Source: Piedraia hortae CBS 480.64 (lineage: Eukaryota). From it: 64,000 bases of DNA. The notes beneath the pieces were generated by a model. That model was not told the DNA's origin, searched no databases, and worked only from the letters and a program-made list of their open reading frames with translations. Of the stretch, positions 1 through 10,870 are shown piece by piece; within the stretch, counting starts at the first letter, position 1, and the number at the start of each line of letters is the position of its first letter. A program made the translations under genes and the position numbers. Location: NCBI GenBank assembly GCA_010093745.1, contig MU005963.1:268217-332216 (forward strand), in the 5' to 3' direction.

Positions 1-984
1 ACCATCACACCATACCATAATTCAACAACCTATGGGTGCAGATTTCTCTGGTCAGCCACTGTCTAAATTCAAGAATATGTCACTTCACCGAGCTTGCTGA
101 TAGCTATGAACAAAAGACTAACATACAGGAGAAACCAGACATATGCCCTCCATAACTTAAGATATTTTAATCCCCCATCCAATCGAACCAAATCCTCCTT
201 CTCTCGAAGCGTTAAAGCCGTCTTGATCCAGACGAAACGACATTTTTCACAAGATATGCTCGTTTGCGGCTAATTTGTCCACCCGATTGACGTGTATTGG
301 CGGCTGGATATGTCGAGAGCCGTCTGGCACAGGTGTCCTCCAGGAGCTCAGGGATATTGATGGCATTCAGCCGTTCCTGGAAGTGTTCGTTTCTCCTAGT
401 CAACGCCAAAAGCTCGTATATTTCGTTTCTTCCCACGTCGCGCCAAACCGTCTAGACCGACGGTGGTGTTGGTTGAACGTGGCATCTCTTCTCTGATGAT
501 TCGTTCAATGTTTGCGAGTGAGGTTCTTGTTCCACCCAGGGAGAGGATACGATGGTTTGAATGTGTGGCAGGGTTTTGGGCAGTACTCGTTTTCCGCCAG
601 CGTGAACGGAATGTTTCCATTCAGATTGGGATCCAAGAGGAGCTTGTCCGCCTTATCTTGGTCCTTTGATGACATGCGAGCAACGAGGTGGTTTCGCATG
701 TCGGGACCTTTCTTGACGATTGGTTCGGGACTCGATGATTGCATCAAAATATTGAGCGTACCGTGACACCATGATCTAATCGTGGAACTTTAGGATATAG
801 TAGAAAGGAATAAAGCTGTACACCACTATTGATAACAGACAGCAATGTTAAGGCCTCTGCATATAATCTGCATCGTTCATTGTCAGGAGAATGCAACATA
901 ATGACTCAAAGGAAAGATAAGGGGCCAACCCCGCGAAGTCAAACAACCCCCGTCCGTGGGCAGATCAATGCTTTGTGTTCTCTC

Positions 985-1420
985 TCAAAAACTGCCTTCT
1001 AAACGACGGTCTTGCCGAAGACCTTGCTCCACGCCTAGCTTTGGAAAGCCAACTTCCTGGGATTGTTTTTCGTGCTGAACGGTGTCAGCTGCAAGAAGTC
1101 GCCGCACGCGATGACTTGGATACCGCCAAAAACCACGTCGTTTCGGCGAATGACGCGGGCAAGTTCTTCCAGCATCATGAACAATGCACCGTCGATCATG
1201 GAAACCCCGTCTATGACAAGGATCTCCGTAGTCAGCCATTTTCCATGGCCTATCTGCTCCCTTTGATCTTAGCAACAAGACCAGTGACGTCCATATCGCC
1301 GTCACCGCCACGGAGTGCAAGTTTTCCAGTCTCCTCTTGCGACATTTCATGATAATCGCGTTTAGGATTGCCGACTTGCCGGTGCCGGGACCGCCAGTTG
1401 TAAAGACGTTTTCCTTCCTG
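985..1420 (-). pseudogene. Degenerate PIF1/RRM3-family helicase fragment (frameshifted, internal stops)
   Basis: One frame gives Walker A 'ENVFTTGGPGTGKSAILNAII'. After a frameshift a second minus frame reads 'KWLTTEILVIDGVSMIDGALFMMLEELARVIRRNDVVFGGIQVIACGDFLQLTP...LAFQS*AW', the Pif1 motif II/III region. Walker B is DG rather than DE. Weak traces may continue to about 330. Confidence 0.8.
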
Positions 1421-2420
1421 TCCGTGACATGGCGCATTGCCAGTGCTTTTTTACTGCTTAGTCTGAGACAGAATTTCCTCTGCAGCGTTCGTGTGCGCCG
1501 AAGAGCCCCATGGGGCCACTTGTCAAACATGTCGTCCAGCACTTGGACCAGGGGTGCGGTGGAATAGACACACACCGTATGACAAAGAGGGAAGCGGACG
1601 AGGTCAGGATTGAGGGCTGACCATGGCGTAGCCCTTCATCTTCGGGCCAACGGCCACGAAGTGGTGGCCAGATCGATGGAACGTGGCCTATAGTCCCCGA
1701 TTATCAGTTTCACGCCAATATGCCAGGCTAAGGCTTATCTTTCGGGGCAGATCGGCGAACTTGAATGGCCATGCTTCAATGGAGTTCCACCGCTTTCCTT
1801 TGACAGAAATGAGCCCGTCGTTCCAGGAGACAGCGTTCATCTGGGTAGGGCCACAGTCCTTGGCCTCGACGAGCTCCCGAGTCGAATGTGATGTCTGCAG
1901 ATATTGGTGAAAGCCATTCTCCAAGAGCGTTCCATCCTCAGCCATCAGACACCATTACGTGCAGCGCCAGGCTCTCAGGATATCCTCTTGCGGGACACAG
2001 AGGATATTAGACTTGTCGGACAGGTCGGGTGACCCGTCCTCGGCAATCTGGAGCCTGAACACTGGGCGGTTTGTGGCTTTGTTGACACCATCACGGGCGA
2101 TTCATGCACGAGAATATGCATCTCTGCTCCTGGTAGCATGGCTAGTAGAGACCAACAGTCGTGCAGAATTAGTCCCATTCACAGTGGGCTTAAAATTGTG
2201 CTCCAGTTGCTCGTCGTGATGCACGCATCTTGTTCTGAGAATTCGTGTTGATACTGCTGGCATACGAGCCGTGAAAGGGTCGGCTTGATGATTCCCTAAC
2301 ACTGGCTTCCTCGAGATTTACGTGCCCAAAAGCGAAGAAAATGGCGGACGGACTCCGTCTGTACGGGAGTCTCATATCTCCTGAGCATCTGAGCATCTGA
2401 GCATCTCCTGAAAATCAGGG

Positions 2421-2715
2421 TCAACAAAGTGTTTGGCCAAGGCCTCCCAGGCCGCATCTACCGTGGTGGCTCTCCGCCTCAATATCTTTACCGGCGAGCC
2501 AAACACCATGTGCAAGCTCATCAAGAAAACATGACAAAATTATCATCGTCTGTTCTTTATCTCCTAACAACCTCTCCCCGTTGCGAATATAGGCTTTCGC
2601 GGCCTTTACCCAGTCCAAGCAATCCTCATTGCGGAAGCTGTTCTTGAACCGTGTAGGTTCATTGGGCAACTTCGGTATAAGAAACTCTTTGACCAGGCTG
2701 ATTTTCTTGGTGGTG
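2421..2715 (-). mobile_element. Possible decayed retrotransposon gag-like fragment
   Basis: 'PKLPNEPTRFKNSFRNEDCLDWVKAAKAYIRNG...QTMIILSCFL...AHGVW' resembles the P-x-P-x-x-F...W...Y pattern of fungal LTR gag N-termini. No LTR or pol seen. Confidence 0.3.
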
Positions 2716-2870
2716 TCGGACTCTCCTTTTGCAATCCCAGCGGGGAGGGGGTCCGCGTACTAACCCTAAAGCACTCTAAGCGTCAGCGGGGTTACACATG
2801 TCACATTTTCAAAAACCACACCCCACCTTACATCACCCACAAGCAAACAGCACCGAACAGTAAAGAAAAC

Positions 2871-3323
2871 ATGCTGATAAAGTACGCGATTTCCCGTTTC
2901 CACAGGTGAATTAGCTAAAGGATCCAGAGTCCGAACGCTCACGGGCCGCGAGATCGAAATTGAAGTCGACGGAACCGATACGATCAACCACATCAAGGAA
3001 CAGGTTGAAGAGAGAGAGGGAATCCCGCCGCAGCAGCAGAGGCTAATTTATGGGGGGAAGCAGATGTACGTTCTTGCCATCCTGGAGAGGGTATTTATGG
3101 TGCGGGCGGAGAGAGGGCTTGCTTCCGGGAAGGATAGATGACGGCGAGAGGGACGATGCCCTGGGCCCTTCTCTATTTGCTCTTCCGCCCATCCACCCTC
3201 CCACTCTCCCGGTGTGGCGAGAAGCTAACAGATGACAGGAACGACAGCAAAACAGCAAGCGAATACAACCTCACAGCAGGATGCACACTGCATCTCGTCC
3301 TCGCTTTACGTGGGGGTTCATAA
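2871..3323 (+). CDS. RUB1: Ubiquitin-like protein NEDD8/Rub1 (3 exons; introns 2882-2927, 3066-3238)
   Basis: Spliced translation [82 protein letters not shown] start and Ala72 (LALRGG) distinguish NEDD8 from ubiquitin. Confidence 0.95.
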
Positions 3324-3716
3324 TCCTTCCAAATTAATGAGCGGGTTGATGAGAAATACAACGAACCTATTCCAGACACTCCCACCAATAATACTATATC
3401 TCGTTTTCGGTTTACGTGCTTCCAAACCGATGAGCACCTGAACGAACATAATTCACATACTGCTAACTCACTCCATCCTCACTTGTAGGCGTACCTATTC
3501 ACCAACCCAACAAGCAAGTGAAACAATCCACGGCGCAACTACTTCATACACTCCCCTATCAATTATCCCTCATCTTTACTTATTAATCCTCGAAACCCGA
3601 CGAGCGACTGAACAAACAGTCCCACAAACGTAGTGCATACACTCGCCCACCTACTCACCCCTCTCCACAACATCTCCCCCTCCGCCCCCTCCCCCACCTT
3701 CCATTCCCCTTCCAAT

Positions 3717-4562
3717 CTATACTCTCTGAAACTCCCCCATCGTACTCCTCACATTCGAAAACTCCCCCACCCCCAACTTCTCATAAAACAGTGGCTTCGA
3801 GTCCAAAAACCCCAACTTCGTCCACCCCTCCTCCCTCACATGATAAAGATTAACGTACCCCCCCGAATACGCATCCCTGTGCGTCGCCGCTAAAATCGAC
3901 CTCTTTCCAAGCTCAACCGCCTCCTCATCACTCATGTGGAATCTATACTCCGCATCCAGCACGCCATACGCAAACGTCTGTCCACTCCCCACGCAGAACA
4001 AATTCCCCTGTAGCCTCGTCCCATCCGAATCAACATAATACAACGCCGGGCCCTCGGTGGGGGTAACACCCGCGCACATGGTTCCCATACTAAGCCCCAT
4101 CCCTTTATAACTATACACCAAATTCGCTAGGATCTTGCTTGCGGCGGCGACGGAGATGCGGGTCTTGTTGCGGAGTTCGTGGAGACGGCACTGCATGCCT
4201 AGGTAGGCGAGCCAGTATTGGCAGTCTGCGGCTCCGCCGGCCATGGTGCCGAGGAGGCAGGAGTTGATTTCGATGACTTTTTTGACGGTCTGGGATGCGA
4301 TCCAGTCCCCCGCCGTGGCGCGCGAGTCGGTGGCTACGATGATCCCACCGGAGAAGCGGAAGGCCAAAGTGGTGGTGCCGTGGGCGAGCTTGATGGGGCA
4401 GGAGGGATTGATGGAGTCGTCGGTCATGGTGCGGAGCCAGGAGGAGGGGTCGGGCAGGGAAGGGAGGGGAAAGCGCGGGAGGGAGGGCGCTTCGCAAGCT
4501 TCGCGGACTTCGTCCGCAAAGGGCGCAGAGGGCGCGGCGTAGCGCGCGATTAAGGTGTCCAT
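3717..4562 (-). CDS. PRE2: 20S proteasome subunit beta5 (chymotrypsin-like) with propeptide
   Basis: Cleavage site '[12 protein letters not shown]', then 'DSRATAG', '[13 protein letters not shown]', 'HRDAYSGG'. ATG at 4562. Confidence 0.97.
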   Translation of the reverse strand: MDTLIARYAAPSAPFADEVREACEAPSLPRFPLPSLPDPSSWLRTMTDDSINPSCPIKLAHGTTTLAFRFSGGIIVATDSRATAGDWIASQTVKKVIEINSCLLGTMAGGAADCQYWLAYLGMQCRLHELRNKTRISVAAASKILANLVYSYKGMGLSMGTMCAGVTPTEGPALYYVDSDGTRLQGNLFCVGSGQTFAYGVLDAEYRFHMSDEEAVELGKRSILAATHRDAYSGGYVNLYHVREEGWTKLGFLDSKPLFYEKLGVGEFSNVRSTMGEFQRV

Positions 4563-4661
4563 TGTTTGAGGCTGTAGAGTTGTGTGGGTGAGGTGTGGTT
4601 GGAGCAAGGATTACGTAATGGAGCCGGTGGGTTTTATGGGGGTGACGGTACGTTATTTACA

Positions 4662-5705
4662 TCATCCTGGTTTCTGCCTAACTAGGAAATCGCGCGTCAT
4701 CTCAAACGCGAGCCAGGAGGAGGCCATGGAGGGTGCGACCTTAAGGAGGTTAGGTGCGATGCCTTTGTAGAGGCCCTTGAAGCCTTCGTTGCGGACGATG
4801 ACGCTCACGGCGTCCCAGATGCCGCGATATTGGTAGCCCATTCCGCTCATGGTGTTGATTTGGAATCGTCGACGGAGGACATCCAGGGGATAGGTGCACG
4901 TTTGGGCGATGCCGCCGCTGATGGCGCCTGCGCAGAGTTTGCCGAGAGGGCCGGGGTTTGCCTGGCCGTCGGCTGTGAAGAATTGTCGGACGGATTCGTA
5001 GATCATAAAGTTGAGGCCGACGTAGGGTGCCACGCCGGCCACGGTGGGTACGATGCCGCGATACAAAGCCAGAAATCCGCCCTCGGTCTTGTACATGTGT
5101 GCCATGGTCGCCCACATACCCGGCATGGCTCTCGCCTCGGCTTTGGATAGAGACGCAAACGACGCGGTCTGGATGCTGAGCCGCGTGCGCACAATGTCTA
5201 GAGGATAGGTAAATGTGACGGACGTGATGCCTGCGCACGCTCCGCATAGTAGTCGTCGAGTTGGCGACAGCGGCTCTCCCGGCGTTCGCTCAAACGCCTG
5301 TCATCCTGTCTCAGCTTGGTTCAGCTTAGGGATAGCCTTACATACCGGCTTGTAGATGTTGTAGCTCCCGAACTGCACGGCGCTGTAGGGAACGATGCGG
5401 ATGCAATTGGTGCCGTTGCCTGCCATCATGCCCTTGAATCCTTCTTCGCGCCAAATCTTCTTGAGCGCCTTGCCAATCGACATCTTGTACTCGGTGTGGC
5501 CGGTGCTCTGGACTTGAAAGAGGATCTTGAGCCGCTCTAGCGGACTAACGACTGTTCTGCTGACGGCACCGGCGACGCCGCCGGCGATGAAAGACGCGAC
5601 AACGACCTGGCTGACCCAGCCGCGGAAGCGGTAGACGGCCGACAGCGGCACGTCCTCGCGCACGTCGGCGCGCGACAGCGGCGTCTGTTGGTTCGCGCTG
5701 CTCAT
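4662..5705 (-). CDS. Mitochondrial carrier (SLC25), adenine-nucleotide/CoA/PAPS-type subfamily (intron 5298-5345)
   Basis: Three PxD/ExxK/R repeats (PLERLK, PLDIVR, PLDVLR), '[17 protein letters not shown]', 'RRRFQ'. A GTATGT..CAG intron joins the two ORFs in frame. Confidence 0.92.
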
Positions 5706-5792
5706 GGCCTCCTCTTTTTCTCAGCCACGTTCGCTGCGCGCGTCTTGCATCGGGTGTGACTTGAACTTGTCGTGACAGCCCACGGGACTGGC

Positions 5793-5805
5793 GGGGGGGG
5801 GGGGG
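5793..5805. repeat. G13 homopolymer upstream of the mitochondrial carrier
   Basis: Run of 13 G. Confidence 0.9.
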
Positions 5806-5985
5806 CTGAAAATATTTACGAAAATTGTGTGGACCCTCTCTTACCTATCATTGCAGTTCTCACGGCGTCTCTCTACTGTCGTGTTATTACTCCATCCTCC
5901 CCAGGGGAATGCTAGTGGCACATGACAATTTACACTATCCTACCTGACAAAGCCAAGCAGTTACTCCTTTCAGAGTCGCTCGCAT

Positions 5986-8900
5986 CTAAACAGCCACCTG
6001 CTTGTTGTTCAGGCTGTTCATTCGCTCATTCATAAACTCAAAGAAGCTAACCGGGCTCGCCGAGATGCCCATTGTGTAGATGAATCTGCTGGCGAGGAAG
6101 CTGCCAAAGATGGCGCGTAGGTAGTTTTCCGGTACCTAATTCAGTGTTAGCCGCACACACACACACTCTCAGATTATTCCATGCTTCATCTCACCCTTTC
6201 GAGTATCTTGTCCAGTCCAATCTTGTTAAGTAGCAGACTGGGCAGGGCATCCTGCAATACGCTCTTGCGCAGGGCAACATTTGCCCACAGCTCTGTACTC
6301 TGAAGCTCCTCGTCCATTTTGGTAATGGCCAAACTGAGCCGGTCGCTGAGGATGCTCCTCGCCACGCCCGTCTCTTCGTGCTCGCGCCAAATTGCCTCAA
6401 ACTCCAGACGGGCATTGTTCTTGATGATGCTCTGCACCTGCTTGACGTAGTCCTGGTAGAACTGCGGCACGGTGCCGTCCGGCTGCACACACATGTTCTC
6501 GAGGAAGCCCTCGTCGTCAAAAGTCAGCGAGGCAAGGACCTCCAAAGACGAAGACGTGACTCCGCCTTTGTTGGCAGACGCATCCTTGAAAACGATGCTT
6601 CCCGCCTTCTCCAACCGCAGTTTCGCCTCCTGCGTGATGAATAAATTTGCGCCCTCGACAATGTACGGAATGATCGACTTGCCGCCGACGATGAGCTTGC
6701 CCACGGTGCTGAGATCAATAGCCTCCGGTCGCCCACCGCAGGGAACAAACAGATCATACTTCTCCTCGGCGCGGAGGTGGAAGGTGTTGCGGAAGCCCGT
6801 ACAGTCATAGATGACCTCGCCCGAAGGCAACTTGACTGGCCCTTCTTGCTGGACCAAGACACTGTAGCCCGCCTTGGATAGCTTGGCCGTGTCAAATTGA
6901 GAAATCATCTGCCGGCCCTTGGCCAGACGCAGAAGCTCTTGCCTGTCAAGTCCATTGGGATCAACAAGGACACCGGAGCCATCGACAATGGCGCAGTAAA
7001 GTTCCTCGCCGAGGAGGATCTCGTTTGATCCGAGATCTCCATCCGGTCCGCCCGTCTGCAGCATGCGCACCTCGCGCTGGTCGAGCTGCAACTTGCGATA
7101 GATGCCGAGGACGTACTCCCGGACAGAGAGCGTCGTCATACCATAGACATCGTGCGGGATTCCGCCCAGCTTGGGCGACTTGCCAGTGAAGAACGACTTC
7201 CACCACGGCGCTCCTCTTAATCTCGCATGCTCAGTGGCCCAGTTTACGAGTTCAGCCGTGTTCTCATCCGGACCCATGAAGAGAATTTCCTCCTTCCCAA
7301 CCAAGTCAACAATAGGGTCCTTGATTCCGGGACTGGTCGGCGGAAGCAGTAGGTCCAGGATGCTATCAATATATTTTTCAAACGCAACCGTAGCCTTGTC
7401 TTGGTGCTGGATATCCAAAAGAACAACGCCCTTGCTGCCGCCCTCGGGTATGTCCTTGTTCTTCCTCTGCTGAGTATTCGCCAGGTTGTAGTTCTCATCA
7501 AACAGCGACCGCGCGTTGATGGCATAGGCCTCCTGGCTTCTGGACTTGACAATGCGTATGCCGCCCCGAGCAATGTCCCTGAACCGGAGGTGGAAACCTC
7601 TGAATTCAGAACTGATGATGAGGAACATGCCATACAGCGGCTGCGGGTACTCTTCTGGCGGCAAGAAATCTGGGTTCAGCCGGAAGCTCAGAGCGACCTT
7701 GGTCGGCGTGTAGAAGTTGGTCTTGAGCACACTCTTGTTGAAGATGCGGAAAGCAGACATGACCATGTTATGATGCTCGTTGACCGTCGTGCGCTTGATC
7801 AAATCCCGTAGTTCGTCATCCGAAAGGACGCGGTCCAGATTCATCCGGAGATAGGAAAGAGTTGGCTTGAACTCGGATTGCGACTGCACGTAGTGCGTAT
7901 TGGCAAAGTTCAGATAAAGAGAGCGGATGAGTTTCGGATATTCGTGCACAATCTCCCAGATGTAGTCGGCTGTGAATGTCTCCGTTCGGAGACGCTTCTT
8001 CAGCTTGGACAGCAAGTCTGCGTGGACGTTGTTGCTCGAATCCAGAACGGAGCAGAGCGTTGTATACTCCGACCCCAGACGGTTGAGGAAATGCTGGATA
8101 AAGATCCACACGCAGTGAGCGTAGATGGACTCTTGCAGGGACAAGGCACCGCTGATAAAGTGTGACTGGAATTTGTTTTGCGGGATGCAGTAGAGCAAAG
8201 AGACCTCTTTGGTGACCTGATGAATACTTGCTTCGATCGGGGGATGATCCATATGGGAGTTGGGAGCGGGCCGCAGGTAGATGGACAGGATAGTAATTCC
8301 GTTGCTGAACTGCTCGACGTATTTGCGCGAAGACATCAAGCCGTAGTAATGGTATAGATCGCTCATGGCCGAGAAGAGTCCCTGAGCCGAGCCCTGCTTG
8401 AATCCGATGACGAGCCTCTTCTCGCGAGAACCTTCGATATCATAGAGGTCAATAACCGGGCCCGTCCGATTGACTGCGGCATCCATGACATGCTGGTAAA
8501 TATCGCGAGTGTTCTGGGTCGTCTTGAGGAGGAAACGTTCGTCTCCCAACAGATCAACCCTGGTCTCGTTGGGCGCGGGGTCCTTGTTCTTGAAGCTCGT
8601 CTGGTACACAAAGTAACACTTGAGCGACTGCTCATTATTCCCGGCGAGCTTCATGGGCGAGCGGAAGCACTCGACACGATAGCTATCGTCCTTTCTGCTG
8701 CCGTCGAGATACTTTGCCTCGAGTCTGGCTTCGAAGCTGGCTCCGCGCGGCTGGTTCACGCCAGGGACACTGCTCTCAATGTAAACAGCGTGATCCTTGG
8801 CCTCCTTGTCCAGCTTGAGCTCCAACTTGTTATCGTCACGGGCGTAGGCGGCGACCTTGGCGGCATACAAAGAGTGAATAGTGCTCACAATAGCAGCCAC

Positions 8901-9236
8901 GTCTTCGGTCTGGAAGTACATATCATCGATACCGAGACCGTTGTAGAACCATAGAGTCTCCGTTTCCACCAGCTCCGATGGGATGAAGCCCAGTTTGTCC
9001 AGCCTCTCCTGCACCAACTGCACTTGCTCTTCTTTGCCCTCGAACTTGGGCGCAATGTACCCCGAACTGCTGTCGTGCAATACATTATGGGGCTGTCCGC
9101 CGGGAATGCTCAAGTGCGTGGGCTGAGGAGACGGTGATCTGGTCTCTTCCTGGGACGCTCCCAGAAGGTGTTTATTGACAGGCGCAGTGCCATTTGTAGC
9201 AGCAGCGGCAGCAGCAGCAGCAGCTGTATCTGCCAT
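5986..9236 (-). CDS. GDH2: NAD-specific glutamate dehydrogenase (intron 6136-6194)
   Basis: 'FHLRFRDIARGGIRIV', 'KNKDIPEGGSKG', 'GPDENTA', 'QTGGPDGDLGSNE', 'SANKGGVTSSS'. Terminal exon VPENYLRAIFGSFLASRFIY...QVAV*. Confidence 0.97.
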
Positions 9237-9509
9237 CTCTTATCTCGTGTTTTGTAGATCTAACGACGATTTATGTACATTAATTGATTGTACCGGCGCC
9301 CGTGCGGTTATCGTCGCCTTTACTCAAGAACCCTAAACAATATCCACCATTGGATGAATTACCAGACTGGAACACGACGAGGGGTATGTGGGTCTCTGAG
9401 GGGTCCGTTCGCGGCAGTGACTATACCCACTGTGGGGCCCCATGAAACAAAAAAAAAAACACTTTAGCACGCCATGAGATCATGATGAGGGCCTCAGCTA
9501 CCCGCGTGA

Positions 9510-10762
9510 TTACGCAATGTAGTCATGCAGCACCGCCTCCTCGGCGCTGAGGCGCTGTCCAGACTCGTACACGACCAATTTCCTCACAAGGTCGACCGCC
9601 TTTTCATCCGCCCCAGGTAGTAACACATCCCACCCTTTACCTTCATAGCTCGTGAACCTCATCTTCCCCCAATCCGGCATCAACTTCGCTTCGGGCCAAA
9701 TCCCCAAATCCGGCGTCCCCAAATTCTCAAAAATACTCCTAATCAGCGCCAGCTCGCTGCCGAGGTCTCCCGCATCAAACAGCGTCTTCTCATTAAGACA
9801 AACCACCTGTGCAGCCACACATCCCGCAGCCCACATATCAAGCCTAGTCCCATACGCCTGATACCCAAACAACAACTCAACAGGTCTGTAGCACGTCGTA
9901 CCCACCTCCAGTATCTTCCCCTCCACCTTCTCAGACTCAGGATCCCTCGCAGACCACGCGATCCCAAAATCTGCCAAATACGCCGGCCCCGCGGGATTCG
10001 GCAGGAGGATATTCCCCGGCTTGACATCGCGATGTATAATCCCTAGACGATGCAGATGCGCCAACCCTGAAAACAAGTCCCTCAAAACCCTCCGACGCGA
10101 GGAGTCAATCAGCTGGTTGCGTTGTAGAAGTCCATCCAACGCAAACGGCAGGAAGGGAAAAACCAGAACCAAAACCCCCCCCGGCTGGTGGAACGTCTCA
10201 AGCAGCTCAACCACGAATTGCCCCCTTACGGCGTTGAGGATCCGCACCTCACGTCGAGAGTTATGGGGTGGGAGTTCTGCATCCGGACGGGTGAGCTTTA
10301 ACGCGACGCGGCGGCGCAGAGATGTAACATCCGAAGCTGGTTCAACAGCTTCGAAGATTTGGGAGAAGAGCCCGTCGCGGTAGGGTTGTGCATTGGTGTA
10401 CCGGCCGATTTGTCTGTCGTTAAGCAGACTCTCCTCCTTATCACTAACTTCCGTAGAGGTAGGGATACTCCGTAGCAACCCCTCAACTCCTTCTCTACAG
10501 AGGCGGTGATACTCCTCCTTAAAACCAATCAGCCCTACCTAAAACCACTCAAATCAACTCACCGCATCTCGTGCATTAGACCTAATTGTCTCCTCCGTCT
10601 GCTTCGCATACCGTAGTCCCTCTGCCGCGCGGTCGGGATGTGCTTTCTTATATGCATCTGACCTTATCCATTAGCCCTCGCCCCAAAGGTTGTCCCCCAA
10701 ACATACAGCTCCGACACAACCCCAACCCGCTCCCTAAACGTCAACGCAAGTCGAGTCTCCAT
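9510..10762 (-). CDS. CDK-family Ser/Thr kinase, CDK-activating kinase (Cak1/Csk1)-like (introns 10663-10706, 10518-10562)
   Basis: 'VALK', 'PPHNSRRE', 'HRDVKPGN', 'LADFG', 'VGTTCYRPVELLFG', 'DMWAAGC', degenerate Gly-loop. Two short GT-AG introns extend the N-terminus to ATG 10762 (METRLALTFRERV...). Confidence 0.82.
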
Positions 10763-10806
10763 GGCACGCCCCACAAACCCCCCACCCAACAGAAAACCCC
10801 CCCCAC

Positions 10807-10808
<2 letters not shown>

Positions 10809-10862
<54 letters not shown>
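10809..10862. repeat. (CA)27 microsatellite
   Basis: Perfect CA run ending 8 nt before the ADE2 ATG. Confidence 0.97.
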
Positions 10863-10863
<1 letters not shown>

Positions 10864-10870
10864 CAACAAA

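Noticed and set aside
10586..10870. N-terminal extension of the ADE2 ORF with a poly-(HT) tract
   Set aside because: It is the CA microsatellite and the antisense of kinase exons read in frame from a TTG; the real start is ATG 10871.
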